A stretch of 64,000 nt of DNA, taken from positions 75,640,001 to 75,704,000 of the forward strand of contig OZ024745.1 in NCBI GenBank assembly GCA_964016885.1, written 5' to 3'. The notes below the pieces were generated by a model. That model ran no database searches. It was given only the letters and a program-made list of their open reading frames with translations, and was not told where the DNA came from. Positions 1 through 11,461 of this stretch are shown here, piece after piece. Made by a program: the position numbers and the translations under genes. Origin of the DNA: Eledone cirrhosa. Its lineage: Eukaryota. Position 1 is the stretch's first letter. Each line of letters starts with the position of its first letter.

Positions 1-1558
1 AGTTGTTAATTTCGTCCCCCTTGTTCTCGTCTTTCCTGATCAGCGTTACTACGCCCTTGCCTGCAGAACTGGGAATTCTCCCGTTCTGCTGCCAATTGCA
101 GTAGACGGCTTCGAGGACGCCAGAGAACAAGTCCGGCATGCCTATGTAAAATTCGTAGGGTAGACCATCTAGACCGGGTGACTTGCGTTTCCCGCAGCGG
201 CCCAGAGCGTCCCGTATCTCAGTGTCCGTGATCGGTCTTTCGCAGAACTCGGCGTCCGTGTTCGAGAGACGCGGCAGGCCGTCGAGGTATGAACTAAAGT
301 CCATTGCCCCGTTCGGCTCACCGTCGTTCTGCTCAAACAGTCGCGCAAAGTGCCGCTGAAAGGCCGCGCACATTTGTTTGGGGTCAAGTAGCACGCGTCC
401 GTTTTGGTCTTTCAAAGACCGAATCGTGGGCTTGTTGCCACTTTTTGCCTCCGCCACTCGGGCCCAGCTGACAGCTTTCGCTCCTTCGTTTCCTAGAGCA
501 CGTGTTTTGCTTCTGACCACGCAGCCTTCGTGTTTCGCATCGAAGAACTGGTCCAGTGCCGTTCTCGACGCTAACACTCTAGCCGCGTTGCCACTTCTAA
601 GTGCCTCCTCTACCTTGGCTACTAGTTCTCTTTCTATTCTGTTTTTCTCTAAGGCTAACTCTCTGCTATACCCTATCGATTCTATTCTAATTGCTTTCTT
701 GAGAGAGTACCACCATCTATTGTTGACGATGGCTCCCGTTAACTGTTGCTTGACTAGTTTACTTATCCGTTCACTGTAAGCTTTACGTGCCGGCAACGAC
801 ACGTTCAGCTTCCAGTATCCGGGACCCTGTCTATGTATTCTATCACGGTTGACTAAGCAGACGACTAACTTGTGATCTGAATAGGCAACCATGTGCATTC
901 GTGGACAGCTTAACATATCCTTGTCCCTTTCTCTAATGAAGAACCTATCTAAATACGATCTAGATGTCCCACTGCGGTTTACCCACGTCCACTGTGGTGC
1001 AGTCGGGAAATCCAGTCGATACCTATCGGCCAGTTGGAATTGGCCGATTAAAGTTTTGAGGCTGTTGCACCCCGCTCTACTGGGACATGCTCCCACATAG
1101 TCCCATCGTGCATCTAGGATACCATTCCAGTCCCCCACTAAAAGTAAGGAGCGAGACGTTCCCAGAAAAGACTCTAGACGCTTAAAGAAGTCTGGCCGTG
1201 ATTGCGATTGCCCGGTCGGGGCATAAACGGCCACCAGTCTGAAGGCTCCACCTCCGATACTGTTCACGTCTAGGACTACCAGTCTACCCTCCGGGTCCAA
1301 GTGTACTTGCTGTACTCCGACGTCCAGGTTCTTCCGAAACATAACAGCCACTCCACCTCCACCTCCTGGCTGACAGAGAGATGCGTAGATCTCAAAGTCG
1401 TCGAAGATGGGGGTTAGTTGCTGCCTGTTGTGGATTCTGGACTCGGTGATGGCTATCACATCCATACTGTGTGACCTAAGGTCGTTTAAAAGTTGGCCCT
1501 GTTTCCAGGGCATCCCTAGGCCACGCACATTCACGGTTCCAACTCGTAAACCAGCCAT
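1..1558 (-). CDS. LINE ORF2: APE endonuclease and start of reverse transcriptase (partial; not in ORF track)
   Basis: Manual translation from ATG 1558: MAGLRVGTVNVRGL...ITES...VYAP...VGDWN...SYLDRFF...SDHK...GPGYWKLN...KSPGLDGLPYEFY...VTLIRK; no stop seen to position 1. Confidence 0.93.
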   Translation of the reverse strand, partial: MAGLRVGTVNVRGLGMPWKQGQLLNDLRSHSMDVIAITESRIHNRQQLTPIFDDFEIYASLCQPGGGGGVAVMFRKNLDVGVQQVHLDPEGRLVVLDVNSIGGGAFRLVAVYAPTGQSQSRPDFFKRLESFLGTSRSLLLVGDWNGILDARWDYVGACPSRAGCNSLKTLIGQFQLADRYRLDFPTAPQWTWVNRSGTSRSYLDRFFIRERDKDMLSCPRMHMVAYSDHKLVVCLVNRDRIHRQGPGYWKLNVSLPARKAYSERISKLVKQQLTGAIVNNRWWYSLKKAIRIESIGYSRELALEKNRIERELVAKVEEALRSGNAARVLASRTALDQFFDAKHEGCVVRSKTRALGNEGAKAVSWARVAEAKSGNKPTIRSLKDQNGRVLLDPKQMCAAFQRHFARLFEQNDGEPNGAMDFSSYLDGLPRLSNTDAEFCERPITDTEIRDALGRCGKRKSPGLDGLPYEFYIGMPDLFSGVLEAVYCNWQQNGRIPSSAGKGVVTLIRKDENKGDEINN

Positions 1559-1599
1559 GTTGGTGAAGAAAAGTTGGAGAAAAAGGACGAAAGGTGCAC

Positions 1600-3477
1600 T
1601 TACCTTTTCGTTTCCTGGAGATCGGGTTGTTCAATCTCCATTTGGGTGCTGGATGGGGTGTTGGGTGGGGTGGGGAAACCTTTCAACAGGACGCGGTTGA
1701 TGGGTTTGTGGCAGGGGTTGCCCACGTCCTGTGAAAATTTAATTTTCAGGTCTTTATAGGTTTCCATAGAAACCCTTATAAGTTTAAGGTGTGGAGACGA
1801 TTCTGCCTTGACGAAAGTTTTGCCCTCCGTCTCCACCTTGGGGTTTTGGGAGATGACCTCCATCAAACTCTTGTTGTTTGTGTTGATGTATGCGTATTGT
1901 TGTTTGTGTTTTTGTTGTATTGTTTTAGTTTGTTGTTCATCTGGGAGTTTTCTTTTTATGGTGGGTGCTTGTGTTTGGGGTGGTGTTGGTGCTGGTTTTG
2001 CTGATAGGAGGGTTTTTGACTGTGGTGTTGTTTGTGTTGTTGTTTGTGTCTGTGGTTGTGTGTTGGTGTTGGTGATTGGAGTTTTGGGGGTTTTGTGGTG
2101 TCTCTTTTTTTGTTTTTTGGATTTCCGCGGTTCTCCCTCTTCTTCACTTAAAGAAGGAGAAGCAGCTTCATCCGTCGATGAATAATCATCGTCAGGTGTG
2201 TGGGGTAAGGGTATGTTGTGTGGTGGTGGTGGTGTTTCGGTATGTGTGTTTGTGGTAGTGTTTGATGGAGTGGGATGGAGTGGGGATGTGTTCTTCAGGG
2301 GTGTTGTCTCTGTTTTTGCTGTTGTTGTTGGTTGAGTGTCTGTTTGTTTTGGTGTGGTTGCTCGTTTCGTCTGTCGTTGTACTTGTGGTGGTGGTGGTGG
2401 TTGTTTTGGTGTTGGTGTTGGTAATAGCGTTTTTTTTATGATGTTGCTGTTGTGTGTTTGTGGACAAGAGGCTTTTAGGTGAGATGTGCTACCACAGCGA
2501 AAGCAGTGAAATTTTCTTCCTTCTACCGAAATGTTTATTTTGTTGTTATTATCAATAACGACTCTTTCGGGTATTTTGGAGATTCTCTCCGGTTTCATTT
2601 GCAACAGAATCTCCAAATCGGTGCCCGCCCACCTTTGTCGGATGGATTTTCGTATCGAAAGTATTATGTCTGTTTCTGGCTCTACGAAGCCAGCCAAGAT
2701 CCACCAGATGTTAATGCTTGGAGGTATGTTTTTTATTTTTATTTTTTGTGTCCTTTTCCCCATGTATGTAGGGAAAAAGGTGTATGCTTTTGACACTATT
2801 GGTGTCACAGAGTTTTTTTGGGCCAGTGTCTCGCTTTTAAACAGTACGGAAACACTTCCGTACTGTTTTCCTCGCTGGAGAAAATCGACATTTCCTAGAA
2901 TCTCCTTGAAAGAATCTTCTATATCTGACTGATTAACAAATGTCGGTTTTCTTGACGAATTTGACACAGTCCTAAAAGTGACTGATCGGCGGTTTGTGTC
3001 TTCCTTTATTTCAAGGGGTGAGTTAATTCTAAACCCACCTCTTTCTTCGAAAGTTACAAATTTTCTCCCTTGCTGGAGCATATCTCTTGCGTTGGAGATA
3101 TCAAGATTTATAAAATCTTGTTTCTTGTTGACTGTGTCAGCAAAAGACATTTTCTTTTTTTGTGTGATGTTGTTGTTAATAATGATGTTATCGTTGTTGG
3201 AAATTTTATGTGTAGATGTATCTGTAGAGTTGTTGATGTCTTTTTCATGTGTATGTATGTCAATGGGTTTTTTTGCCGTGTTTTCCCGTGTGTTATTGTC
3301 ATTTTTCTCCGCTTCGGCGGTAGAAATTGTAACATTTTCAAATGTTGATATTTTTTTTTCTTTTGTGACAGTATCTATGGCAACGTCCATAGCAGCAGAA
3401 GCAGATATAACGTTAATATCTGCCTCTTTCTCTCTCTTTTCACTATTAACGTTCTCCAGCGTTCTAGTGTTGCTCAA
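1600..3477 (-). CDS. LINE ORF1 (gag-like nucleic-acid-binding protein)
   Basis: 625-codon ORF; CCHC zinc knuckle CFRCGSTSHLKASC at ~2464-2505; T/P/Q-rich tail; track start is TTG, first ATG (MDVAIDT) at 3390. Confidence 0.85.
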   Translation of the reverse strand: MSNTRTLENVNSEKREKEADINVISASAAMDVAIDTVTKEKKISTFENVTISTAEAEKNDNNTRENTAKKPIDIHTHEKDINNSTDTSTHKISNNDNIIINNNITQKKKMSFADTVNKKQDFINLDISNARDMLQQGRKFVTFEERGGFRINSPLEIKEDTNRRSVTFRTVSNSSRKPTFVNQSDIEDSFKEILGNVDFLQRGKQYGSVSVLFKSETLAQKNSVTPIVSKAYTFFPTYMGKRTQKIKIKNIPPSINIWWILAGFVEPETDIILSIRKSIRQRWAGTDLEILLQMKPERISKIPERVVIDNNNKINISVEGRKFHCFRCGSTSHLKASCPQTHNSNIIKKTLLPTPTPKQPPPPPQVQRQTKRATTPKQTDTQPTTTAKTETTPLKNTSPLHPTPSNTTTNTHTETPPPPHNIPLPHTPDDDYSSTDEAASPSLSEEEGEPRKSKKQKKRHHKTPKTPITNTNTQPQTQTTTQTTPQSKTLLSAKPAPTPPQTQAPTIKRKLPDEQQTKTIQQKHKQQYAYINTNNKSLMEVISQNPKVETEGKTFVKAESSPHLKLIRVSMETYKDLKIKFSQDVGNPCHKPINRVLLKGFPTPPNTPSSTQMEIEQPDLQETKR

Positions 3478-3686
3478 GTTTTTTTTACTTTGTAAAATTT
3501 GATATTTTAAGACAAACTTTTAAATAAAATTTTCGCCCCTACAGGGGCGAAAAATGGGATTACCACCCAGCTGACAATTCAGCTTGGGGGTTAATCTACA
3601 AAGTGTTGTATTTTTTCAAACAATTAGATCGGTTTTTTGCATAGAAATTAACAAAAAACTTACCGGCGATATTCCACACGTTAGAC

Positions 3687-3849
<163 letters not shown>

Positions 3850-3987
3850 GGTTTGAGGTTCACCACTGTATAGAGCTGGTCTATTCCGTATGGTCAATCG
3901 TAATGTAATAATATAGAGAGTACTCAACGTAAAGCAGTTCAGCCGTCTTTGTTTTTGTAGTTGGTGGTGCTATTACGGAGTTAAATA

Positions 3988-4211
3988 TTATAATGAAATG
4001 ACAGGAGGCTGGATTTGTGTAAATCCTTGAAAGGTTTATTATACTATGATCATTTCAATGACCGGGTTCCGTATGAATCCGGTGATATCATCAGGTATTT
4101 CGAATACCTGATAATATCACCGGATTCTTTCGGAACCCGGTCATTGAAATGATCATAGTATAATAAACCTTTCAAGGATTTACACAAATCCAGCCTCCTG
4201 TCATTTAATTA

Positions 4212-4213
<2 letters not shown>
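3988..4213. mobile_element. Head-to-head palindromic PLE pseudo-LTR remnant
   Basis: ~110-bp near-perfect inverted arms centred ~4101, next to (TA)n; each arm has a hammerhead-like motif. Confidence 0.75.
4041..4098 (-). ncRNA. Minimal type I hammerhead ribozyme
   Basis: AUAC-CUGAUGA-stem II(ACCGG...CCGGU)-GAAA-U-GAUC-A-UA^GUAU; mirror copy 4104-4161 has mutated core CUGAUAA. Confidence 0.75.
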
Positions 4214-4257
<44 letters not shown>

Positions 4258-4259
<2 letters not shown>

Positions 4260-4390
4260 AAAGTGAGGTTTTTTTTACAAAATGAAAAATAACCGAGGTG
4301 TCCTACACGAGTGAAAGTATAAAGAAAAAGAGATGAAATCGAAAATGCAACTGAAGTCTTATTTTTTTTTTAAATATATATATTTATATA
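4258..4390. repeat. Fragment of dispersed TA-associated repeat family (also 15178-15525, 45215-45421, 52720-52921)
   Basis: Shared agaaagtgagg...gaggtgtcctacacgag...gaaatcgaaaatgcaact. Confidence 0.85.
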
Positions 4391-4488
4391 TATATATAAT
4401 ATATATATATTTATATATATATATATAATATATAATATATATATATATATATAATATAAGATCAAAAGATGGTTAAAAGAGTTCCATG

Positions 4489-4559
4489 TATTTTATTATG
4501 CGCATTTCAAAAACAAATATCATCATGAGATGACATTTGCGTTTTCGTCAGATAAAATA
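4489..4559 (-). ncRNA. Minimal type I hammerhead ribozyme
   Basis: UAUUUUAU-CUGACGA-long stem II(CAAAUGUCAUC/GAUGAUAUUUG)-GAAA-U-GCGC-A-UA^AUAAAAUA; inverted partial copy at 4879-4935. Confidence 0.85.
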
Positions 4560-5023
4560 GGAAGACATGATATGAAGATTAAAAAACACTTGTAAATAGT
4601 GCAGTTTTAAAGGCGAAGTGCAGTTTATGAAAGGCGAAGTTGACCGCGGCGGGATTTGAACTCGGAGCACAGAGAACTAGAAAGAATACCGCAAAGAATT
4701 CTATCCGTTGTTCTAGCAACAACAACAACAGAAATAACAACACCTGCAACAATGACAACAACAAGATCGAAGGTCGATGACAACACAACAACGGTAGGTA
4801 GAAAAACAACAACGTCAACAGCAAGAGCTACAGCAACAATAACAACAGTAACTGCAACAATGGCAATATTGTGTATGGTTGAAATGCGCATAATAAAATA
4901 CATGGAACTCTTTTAACCATCTTTTGATCTTATATATTATTTATACTCCAGTCCTACAAACTGTAGAGTGCTACTTATCCGATATCTGCATTGCTTTATT
5001 GTACTACAATAAAACTCACCTCC

Positions 5024-5094
<71 letters not shown>

Positions 5095-5097
<3 letters not shown>

Positions 5098-5315
5098 AAT
5101 AAAGATTCAGCGAGAATCGCATTTCGGCGGGCAGGAAAAGCGAAGCGAAACGCAAAAATCAGAAATGATACTGGCAAAGTGCTCAATAGTTAAAAACCAG
5201 AGCTAAACAATGTGTTAAGAAGCCATACAAAACTGAAAAGGTGGTCAAGAAGGCATTAACCACCCAAGCCAAAAACCAAATCAAGCTAAACAGGTCAAAA
5301 CAAAATAAATGATAA
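5095..5315. repeat. Dispersed TA-flanked repeat (diverged inverted copy at ~19310-19515)
   Basis: Reverse-complement similarity, e.g. aagaaggcattaaccacc / ggtggttaatgccttctt. Confidence 0.75.
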
Positions 5316-5333
5316 CCAGACCTATATATATAC

Positions 5334-5385
<52 letters not shown>

Positions 5386-5387
<2 letters not shown>

Positions 5388-5957
5388 GGTGGCTGCCAAC
5401 TCGTTTTCGAGTACGGCCACTATTTTATATCCATGTAGGAAAACCACTACCGATGCACTGAACGAGTGTGACTTTTTAGTCCAGCCAACGACTTGAAAAC
5501 TCTGGTACAAACACTACACCTGTGACAATTATTGACACATAGTGCTGGGATCATGGTACCATGTGACGACAAGTGCAGAGAGATCTCCAGATATAAAGCA
5601 ATGCCTGTGCCGTGAAGCTTTTATAGTGAGAAAAGGCACTGCACAAAGCGAGTCCCACTCGCTTAAGATGATATTTACCAAAAAGAAGAACAAGTCAACA
5701 TCATTGGATACCATCAGAGTTGCAGGTGTTATATCAGAGTTTTCCTTCTCCTAGAATTCTGCCTTGACAAAGGCTAAGGGGTCATCTCTTCCGGTGATTT
5801 TGGATGGCCATTGACTCTTAAGAGCTCCTTTTCCCTTTGACAGGTTTTGTTTTTAGTCCTGCAGGATGTCCAAAGTCATCCTCCTCACCAAGAAACCTTG
5901 GTGGGGTTGCCAGTTTAGTCGCCAACGACCCGACCATGAGACAGGTTGTACTGGGAT
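5386..5957 (-). mobile_element. ~570-bp non-autonomous retroelement, probably RTE-derived, associated with (TATG)n
   Basis: Near-identical copies at 36791-37363, 46646-47196, 50773-51301; contains ctaggagaaggaaaactctga, recalled as an RTE 5'-region motif. Confidence 0.75.
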
Positions 5958-6037
5958 ACATACATACATACATACATACATACATACATACATACATACA
6001 TACATACATACATACATACATACATACATACATACAT

Positions 6038-6443
6038 AAGTTGTTTGGGACCACACATTGAAAACGTGTTCTGTTGTGGAGATCAGCTGCCCACTTGATG
6101 TAAACGTTGTCAGAAAAATACAGAAGGAGGACATCTACGGACCATTGATGAGGAGTTTACAAATCCAGTATCCAAGATACACCTTTAGCTTCAGACCCAT
6201 CATTATTGGAGCTACGGGTTATATACCAACCCGCTTGGACCAAAGTATGACTGAACTTGGATTTGCGACAAAAAGCGCAGCTCCCTAATTCATAGTCTAC
6301 AAATGGCTGCGATAGCTGGCACCTTCAAAATTTGCAAAACATTCTTGCGATTGAAGGGATGACAATTTCTTTTCTTTTACAACCTTGCCACCAGGAAGGT
6401 GGCCGGTCAAAAAAATATACTCGAAATTAAGAGAAAGAGATAA
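6038..6443 (+). mobile_element. 3' fragment of RLE-type (R4/Dong-like) non-LTR retrotransposon
   Basis: [12 protein letters not shown]...YGPL...PIIIGATGYIP resembles the restriction-like endonuclease C-terminus; (CATA)n on both sides. Confidence 0.7.
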
Positions 6444-6749
6444 CATACATACATACATGTTACAAATATACATTTATAGGCACATAAATATAGAGAAATC
6501 CAGTGAAAAGTGTAATGTATAGGAAAGTCAGGAATATGAAATGGATATTAGAGTGAAATAGTTTAGAGTATAGAGTGTATAGTGTGTATAGTGTAGTGAG
6601 TTCAACATGGCTGTCAAAGTTCAGTGAGAAGATGAAGACTTATAAAGAATGATTAAATAAACAACAGTTCAACTATGGTAGTAGAGAATGGTGGTGGATG
6701 ATAATGATTGAACTGGTTTCCGTCCCTGTCATTATGTATATGTATATAT

Positions 6750-7895
6750 GTGAGTGTGTGTATAAGTTAGTGTGTGTATAAGTTAGTGTGTGTAGGAGTT
6801 ATTGTCTGTATAAGTTAGTGTGTGTATGAGTTAGTGTGTTACGGCAGTGTGTACGTCAGTGTGTATACGTCAGTGTGTGTACATCAGTGTGTATAAGTTA
6901 GTGTGTGTACGTTAGTGTGTGTACGTCAGTGTGTGTAAATTAGTGTGTGTACGTCAGTGTGTATAAGTTAGTGTGTGTACGTCAGTGTGTATAAGTTAGT
7001 GTGTGTACGTTAGTGTGTGTATAAGTTAGTGTGTGTATAAATTAGTGTGTGGACGTCAGCATGTGTATAAGTTAGTGTGTGTACGTCAGTGTGTGTATAA
7101 GTTAGTGTGTGTACGTCAGTGTGTGTACGTTAGTGTGTGTATACGGCAGTGTGTGTATATGTGTACGCCAGTGTATGTGTAAGTTAGTGTGTGTACGTCA
7201 GTGTGTGTACGTCAGTGTGTGTGTGTGTACGACAGTGTGTGTGTATATGTACGCCAGTATGTGTGTATGTATACGTCAGTGTGTGTGTAAGTTAGTGTGT
7301 GTACGTCAGTGTGTGTGTACGACAGTGTGTGTGCATGTGTACGCCAGTGTGTGTGTATGTATATGTCAGTGTGTGTGTAAGTTAGTGTGTGTACGTCAGT
7401 GTGTGTGTGTATACGACAGTGTGTGTGTATGTGTACGCCAGTGTGTGTGCGCGTATACGTCAGTGTGTTTATAAGTTAGTGTGTGTACGTCAGTGTGTTT
7501 ATAAGTTAGTGTGTGTACGTCAGTGTGTGTACGTATGTGTGTGTGTATACAGTAGTGTGTGTGTCCGTGTAGGCCAATGTCTATGTGTGTGTGTATATAC
7601 ATCAGTGTATGTGTATGTTCGTATGTGTGTATGTCAGAGTGTGCGTGTGTGTACGTGTATGCCAGTGTGTGTGTGTGTGTGTATACGTCCGTATGTATGT
7701 ACGTCAGAGTGTGTGTGTGTGTGTTCGTCAGTATGTGTGTGTGTGTGAGTGTGTGTGTGTGTTTGTACGTCAGTATGTGTGTGTGTGTGTGTGTGTGTGT
7801 GAGGATGTGTGTGTGTGTGTGTGTGTATGTACGTCAGTATGTGTGTATATACGTCAGTATGTGTGTGTATGTACGTCAGTATGTGTGTGTGTGTG
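6750..7895. repeat. Complex (TG)-based minisatellite with recurring tacgtcag and ataagttag units
   Basis: Direct reading. Confidence 0.9.
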
Positions 7896-7899
7896 AACG

Positions 7900-8180
7900 G
7901 ACGTGGCTTAGGGGTTAGGGTATTCGGCTCACGATCGTAATTCCCTGAGAACGATTTCTCGTTGCTCCAATTCACTCAGTTGGAAAAACCAGATGTACCT
8001 ATATCTCAAAGGAGGCAGCCTTATCACACACTGTGTCACGTTGAATCTCCCTGAGAACAATATTAAATGTGTACATGTCAGTAGAATGCTCGGGCACTTG
8101 CACGTTAATTTCACCAGTAGGCTTTTCCGTGTGTTCGAACAACTGAAGTACGCACGCGTCTCCGGAACCGACAGAGCTCC
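7900..8180 (+). mobile_element. tRNA-derived SINE, family B
   Basis: cgtggcttaggggttagggtattcggctcacgatcgtaa head; body shared with 13275-13615, 18865-19170, 22265-22560. Confidence 0.75.
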
Positions 8181-8273
8181 AAATCGTGTGTATGCCTGTA
8201 TGTGTATGCGTGTGTATATATATATGTGTGTGTGTGTGTGTATTTTTATGTATGTCTATATGTGTATATGTGC

Positions 8274-8387
<114 letters not shown>

Positions 8388-9005
8388 ATTCAACTATGAG
8401 TATGAGGAGGCAGGTATGGTTGGGTGATTCAAATTTTATGAAAACAAATTTAAAGGATTTACGAAACACATTTGTTTTCATAAAATTTGAATTTTAGAAA
8501 TTAAACTTGATAGTATAATTATAATATTAATACAAATACCTATTAACTTTTAAAACCTAAAATATTACTCATTACTCTGAAATAACTTAAATTAAATATT
8601 TTGAATATTAACGGCCAACTAAATAAATTTGGATATATATTGCATATATGGTTAATTGTCTATTAACTTGAACATAAATTACTCCCCTTTGTCTCTCTCT
8701 CTCTTTAATCTTCTTTCATTTGTTTTTCGAGCCACCTACTAAATATATTATAACATCAGCTGTTTCTTCCTCTATGCTTTCCTTTCTTTCCTCTTTCTTC
8801 AGTAGATTTTAAAAAATGTTTAACTGTTATATTGATGCCATGTATTTTTTAAGCTGTATTACACGCACCCTCTCTATTGTTTGTATTATATATTTTTCTC
8901 ATGTTCTCAATATTAGGGTATAAATTTTGAGTTTTGTCATATGTTAATCACTACCATGACTGAATCTTAACCAACTACTATGTCAGGGTATGTCATGCAT
9001 CATCT

Positions 9006-9072
9006 TATTTTATCTGATGAGGACGTACTGTTGAACTTAACTCAGTACCTCTGAAATATGTATAATAAAATA
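9006..9072 (+). ncRNA. Minimal type I hammerhead ribozyme
   Basis: UAUUUUAU-CUGAUGA-stem II(GUACUG...CAGUAC)-GAAA-U-AUGU-A-UA^AUAAAAUA. Confidence 0.8.
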
Positions 9073-9112
9073 TACTTGACCACAAGAATAACTATTTTGT
9101 TAATATTTTGAA

Positions 9113-9179
<67 letters not shown>

Positions 9180-9181
<2 letters not shown>

Positions 9182-11327
9182 GTTTGTATATGTATAATAA
9201 AGCCAAAACAATGCAGGTATGGACATAGAATAAAGAATGCAAATGCAAAAGATATTGTTGACAATTAGTCTTTTACCTTAGATTTATTTAAATGTCCTTA
9301 ATTTTCGAGATAATATCTCTTCTTCAGAGGGAAGTAAAGCTGTCAAACCAGTGTTCTAAATAGCTTGCCAAGTCATGCTGACAGGAAATGGTGTAGAGTA
9401 TCTGTTCTATCTCTATTGTCAAAGAGTTAAGATTAGGTGGATAAAGAGTAGTCTCCCTTTAAAAGGGGTTTGTTTTTGTTTTGTTTTTTTTATACATGCC
9501 TGTTTAAGTGTGTGGGAGAATGCATGAAGATGTAAGTAAGTGAGTGTGTGTGTGTGAGAAGATATGTCTATTCGTAAATGTGGGGGATAGGTGTTATCTC
9601 GTGTTAGAACTAGTTTTGTGTGTATATGTGTGAGAGAGAATAAGTGGAGGTGTAAGCGTGTGTGTGTGTGTGTGTGTGTGCGTGTGTGCGTGTGTGTGGG
9701 GGGTGTAAATATGGGGCTAGAAGCTCTATCAAGTTATAAATTGGGTCGTGAGTTCTAGTCTATTATTGATTGGTGGATGTGTTTGTCTATAATTAGTGCT
9801 TCCTTAATTCTAAGATTGCCGAGGTTTCTTTCCTTAGTTTCTATCCTAACTGTTATGGTTTTGTCGGTGTTTTTGCATTTAACTAGGTGTTTCTTAAATG
9901 AGGAAGCGTTAGTATTGAGGTGTTCTTTTATTCTTATGTGGAGTGGTCTGGTGGTGCTACCTACGTAGAAGTTGTTGCATTTGTCACACTCTAGTCTGTA
10001 TACGACGTAAGCCTGGTGGCATAGGTCTGTGTCGTTGATGGGGCAGTTGGCTAGTCTGCAGCAGTTGTCATGTCTGGTGGAGTGTCTTTTGGTTAGCTGT
10101 CCGCGTAGAGAAGGACCTGAGTGGGCCAGTTGGATATCTAGTCCCTCTCGTCTGATAGCTCTGCGGATGGCTGTTGTTGTTTCTTCACTGAAGTGTGGGA
10201 GCTTCAGGAAGCAAATGTTAGTGCCTCGGGCGTGGTGTCCTCTGTTCTTTCTGGCACGGTTTGTGGTGGATGTCGTGTATCCGTTCAGTTTGAGTACTTC
10301 CAGGAAATGTGTGGTGTGTGTGTCTCGGTCTCTAGCGTCGGTGCATTTGTTCCGGATATGTGCCAGTTCGTTCCTTATGTATCCGAACTTGGCACCGAGT
10401 GGGAGGGCCGATCTGAAATGTACGAACAGGTCCCTGCTGGCGGCTTTTTTATAGAAGCAGGTGTGGATGTTGCCTTCCTCTGTTACCCTGATTTAGAAGT
10501 CCAGTAGGGATAGGGATCCGCGGTCATCGGGGTGTTCCATGCTGAACTTTATACTGGCGTCCATGCTGGAGAATGTTGTGTATATTTTATCTGCCTCCTC
10601 ACTGGATGATGTAAGGATGAGTATGTCATCTACATATCGGGTGAAGAAGGTATGGGAATGGCAGGTGTTGAGGGCTCGGCATTCTAGCTGGTTCATGTAG
10701 GTGATGGCCAGCAGGCCCGATAGGCTGGATCCCATGGGTAATCCTGTTGTCTGTCTATATGTGTGGTGGTGGAAGGTGAAGTACGTGTTGTCTACTGTGA
10801 AGGACAAAAGCTGGTGTATGTCCGTCGGGTGTAGGCCGTAGCACTGGATGTCCTCTGCGGCCACGCAGTCCGTCAATAAATCGAAAGCTGGATGAGCGGG
10901 GACTGTAGTGTAGAGGGAGACAACGTCGAGGCTAAAGGCGTATTTATTTAGTTTAAGTTGTTCTGGCTGGAGTTGGTGTAATCTACGTATAACTTCGTCG
11001 GAGCTACTGACATGTCCGGGGAAGGTGTAGAGTAGAGGCTTGAGGACCTGGGAGAGAAGCCAGGAAATTTTGTATAGGGGTCCTTCTATGCTAGAGACGA
11101 TGGGTCTTATTTGCGTCTTAGTACTATTCTTGTGGGTCTTGATGAGGTGGTAGAAAGTGGGCAGTCTGCTATTTCTAGTGGTGTAGTTGAGCTTAACTTT
11201 ATTTGGGTGTTGTCTTCTCCTACAGATATCGAACCAGATGGAGTTGGTCTGTTTTTCGATCTGGGCTGCAGTCATGTCCGGGATCTCTGTGTATAATTCA
11301 TTGTCGCTTAGGTGTTCAAAGGCTAGG

Positions 11328-11330
<3 letters not shown>
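9180..11330 (-). mobile_element. Penelope-like retroelement, 5'-truncated, between two (TA)n tracts
   Basis: RT plus C-terminal GIY-YIG followed by 3' UTR with hammerhead-like core CUGAAGA-AGAGAUA/UAUCUC-GAAA at ~9300-9330. Confidence 0.92.
9729..11330 (-). pseudogene. PLE reverse transcriptase / GIY-YIG endonuclease (Naiad-like)
   Basis: LIKTHK, IRPIVS, SLDVVSLYT, GLPMGSSLSG, RYVDD; in-frame TAA at 10493-10495; then FYKKAASRDLFVHFRSALP...CRLANCPI...VVYRLECDKCNNFYVGSTTRPLHIRIKEH; frameshift near the end. Confidence 0.9.
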
Positions 11331-11385
<55 letters not shown>

Positions 11386-11461
11386 AAGGTATATGTTGAG
11401 TTAGAAACTCAAAATAGTCTCTTACAATTAAATAGCGCAAGGAAAAAGATTTTTCCGAGCC

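Noticed and set aside
378-3502. Plus-strand ORFs overlapping the LINE
   Set aside because: Antisense shadows of the LINE ORFs
7908-7920. Telomere-like ttaggggttaggg
   Set aside because: Part of the SINE head, only two imperfect units
9335-9390. Possible SECIS in the PLE 3' UTR (AUGA...UGA hairpin, minus strand)
   Set aside because: Helix II does not pair convincingly and the ORF has no in-frame TGA
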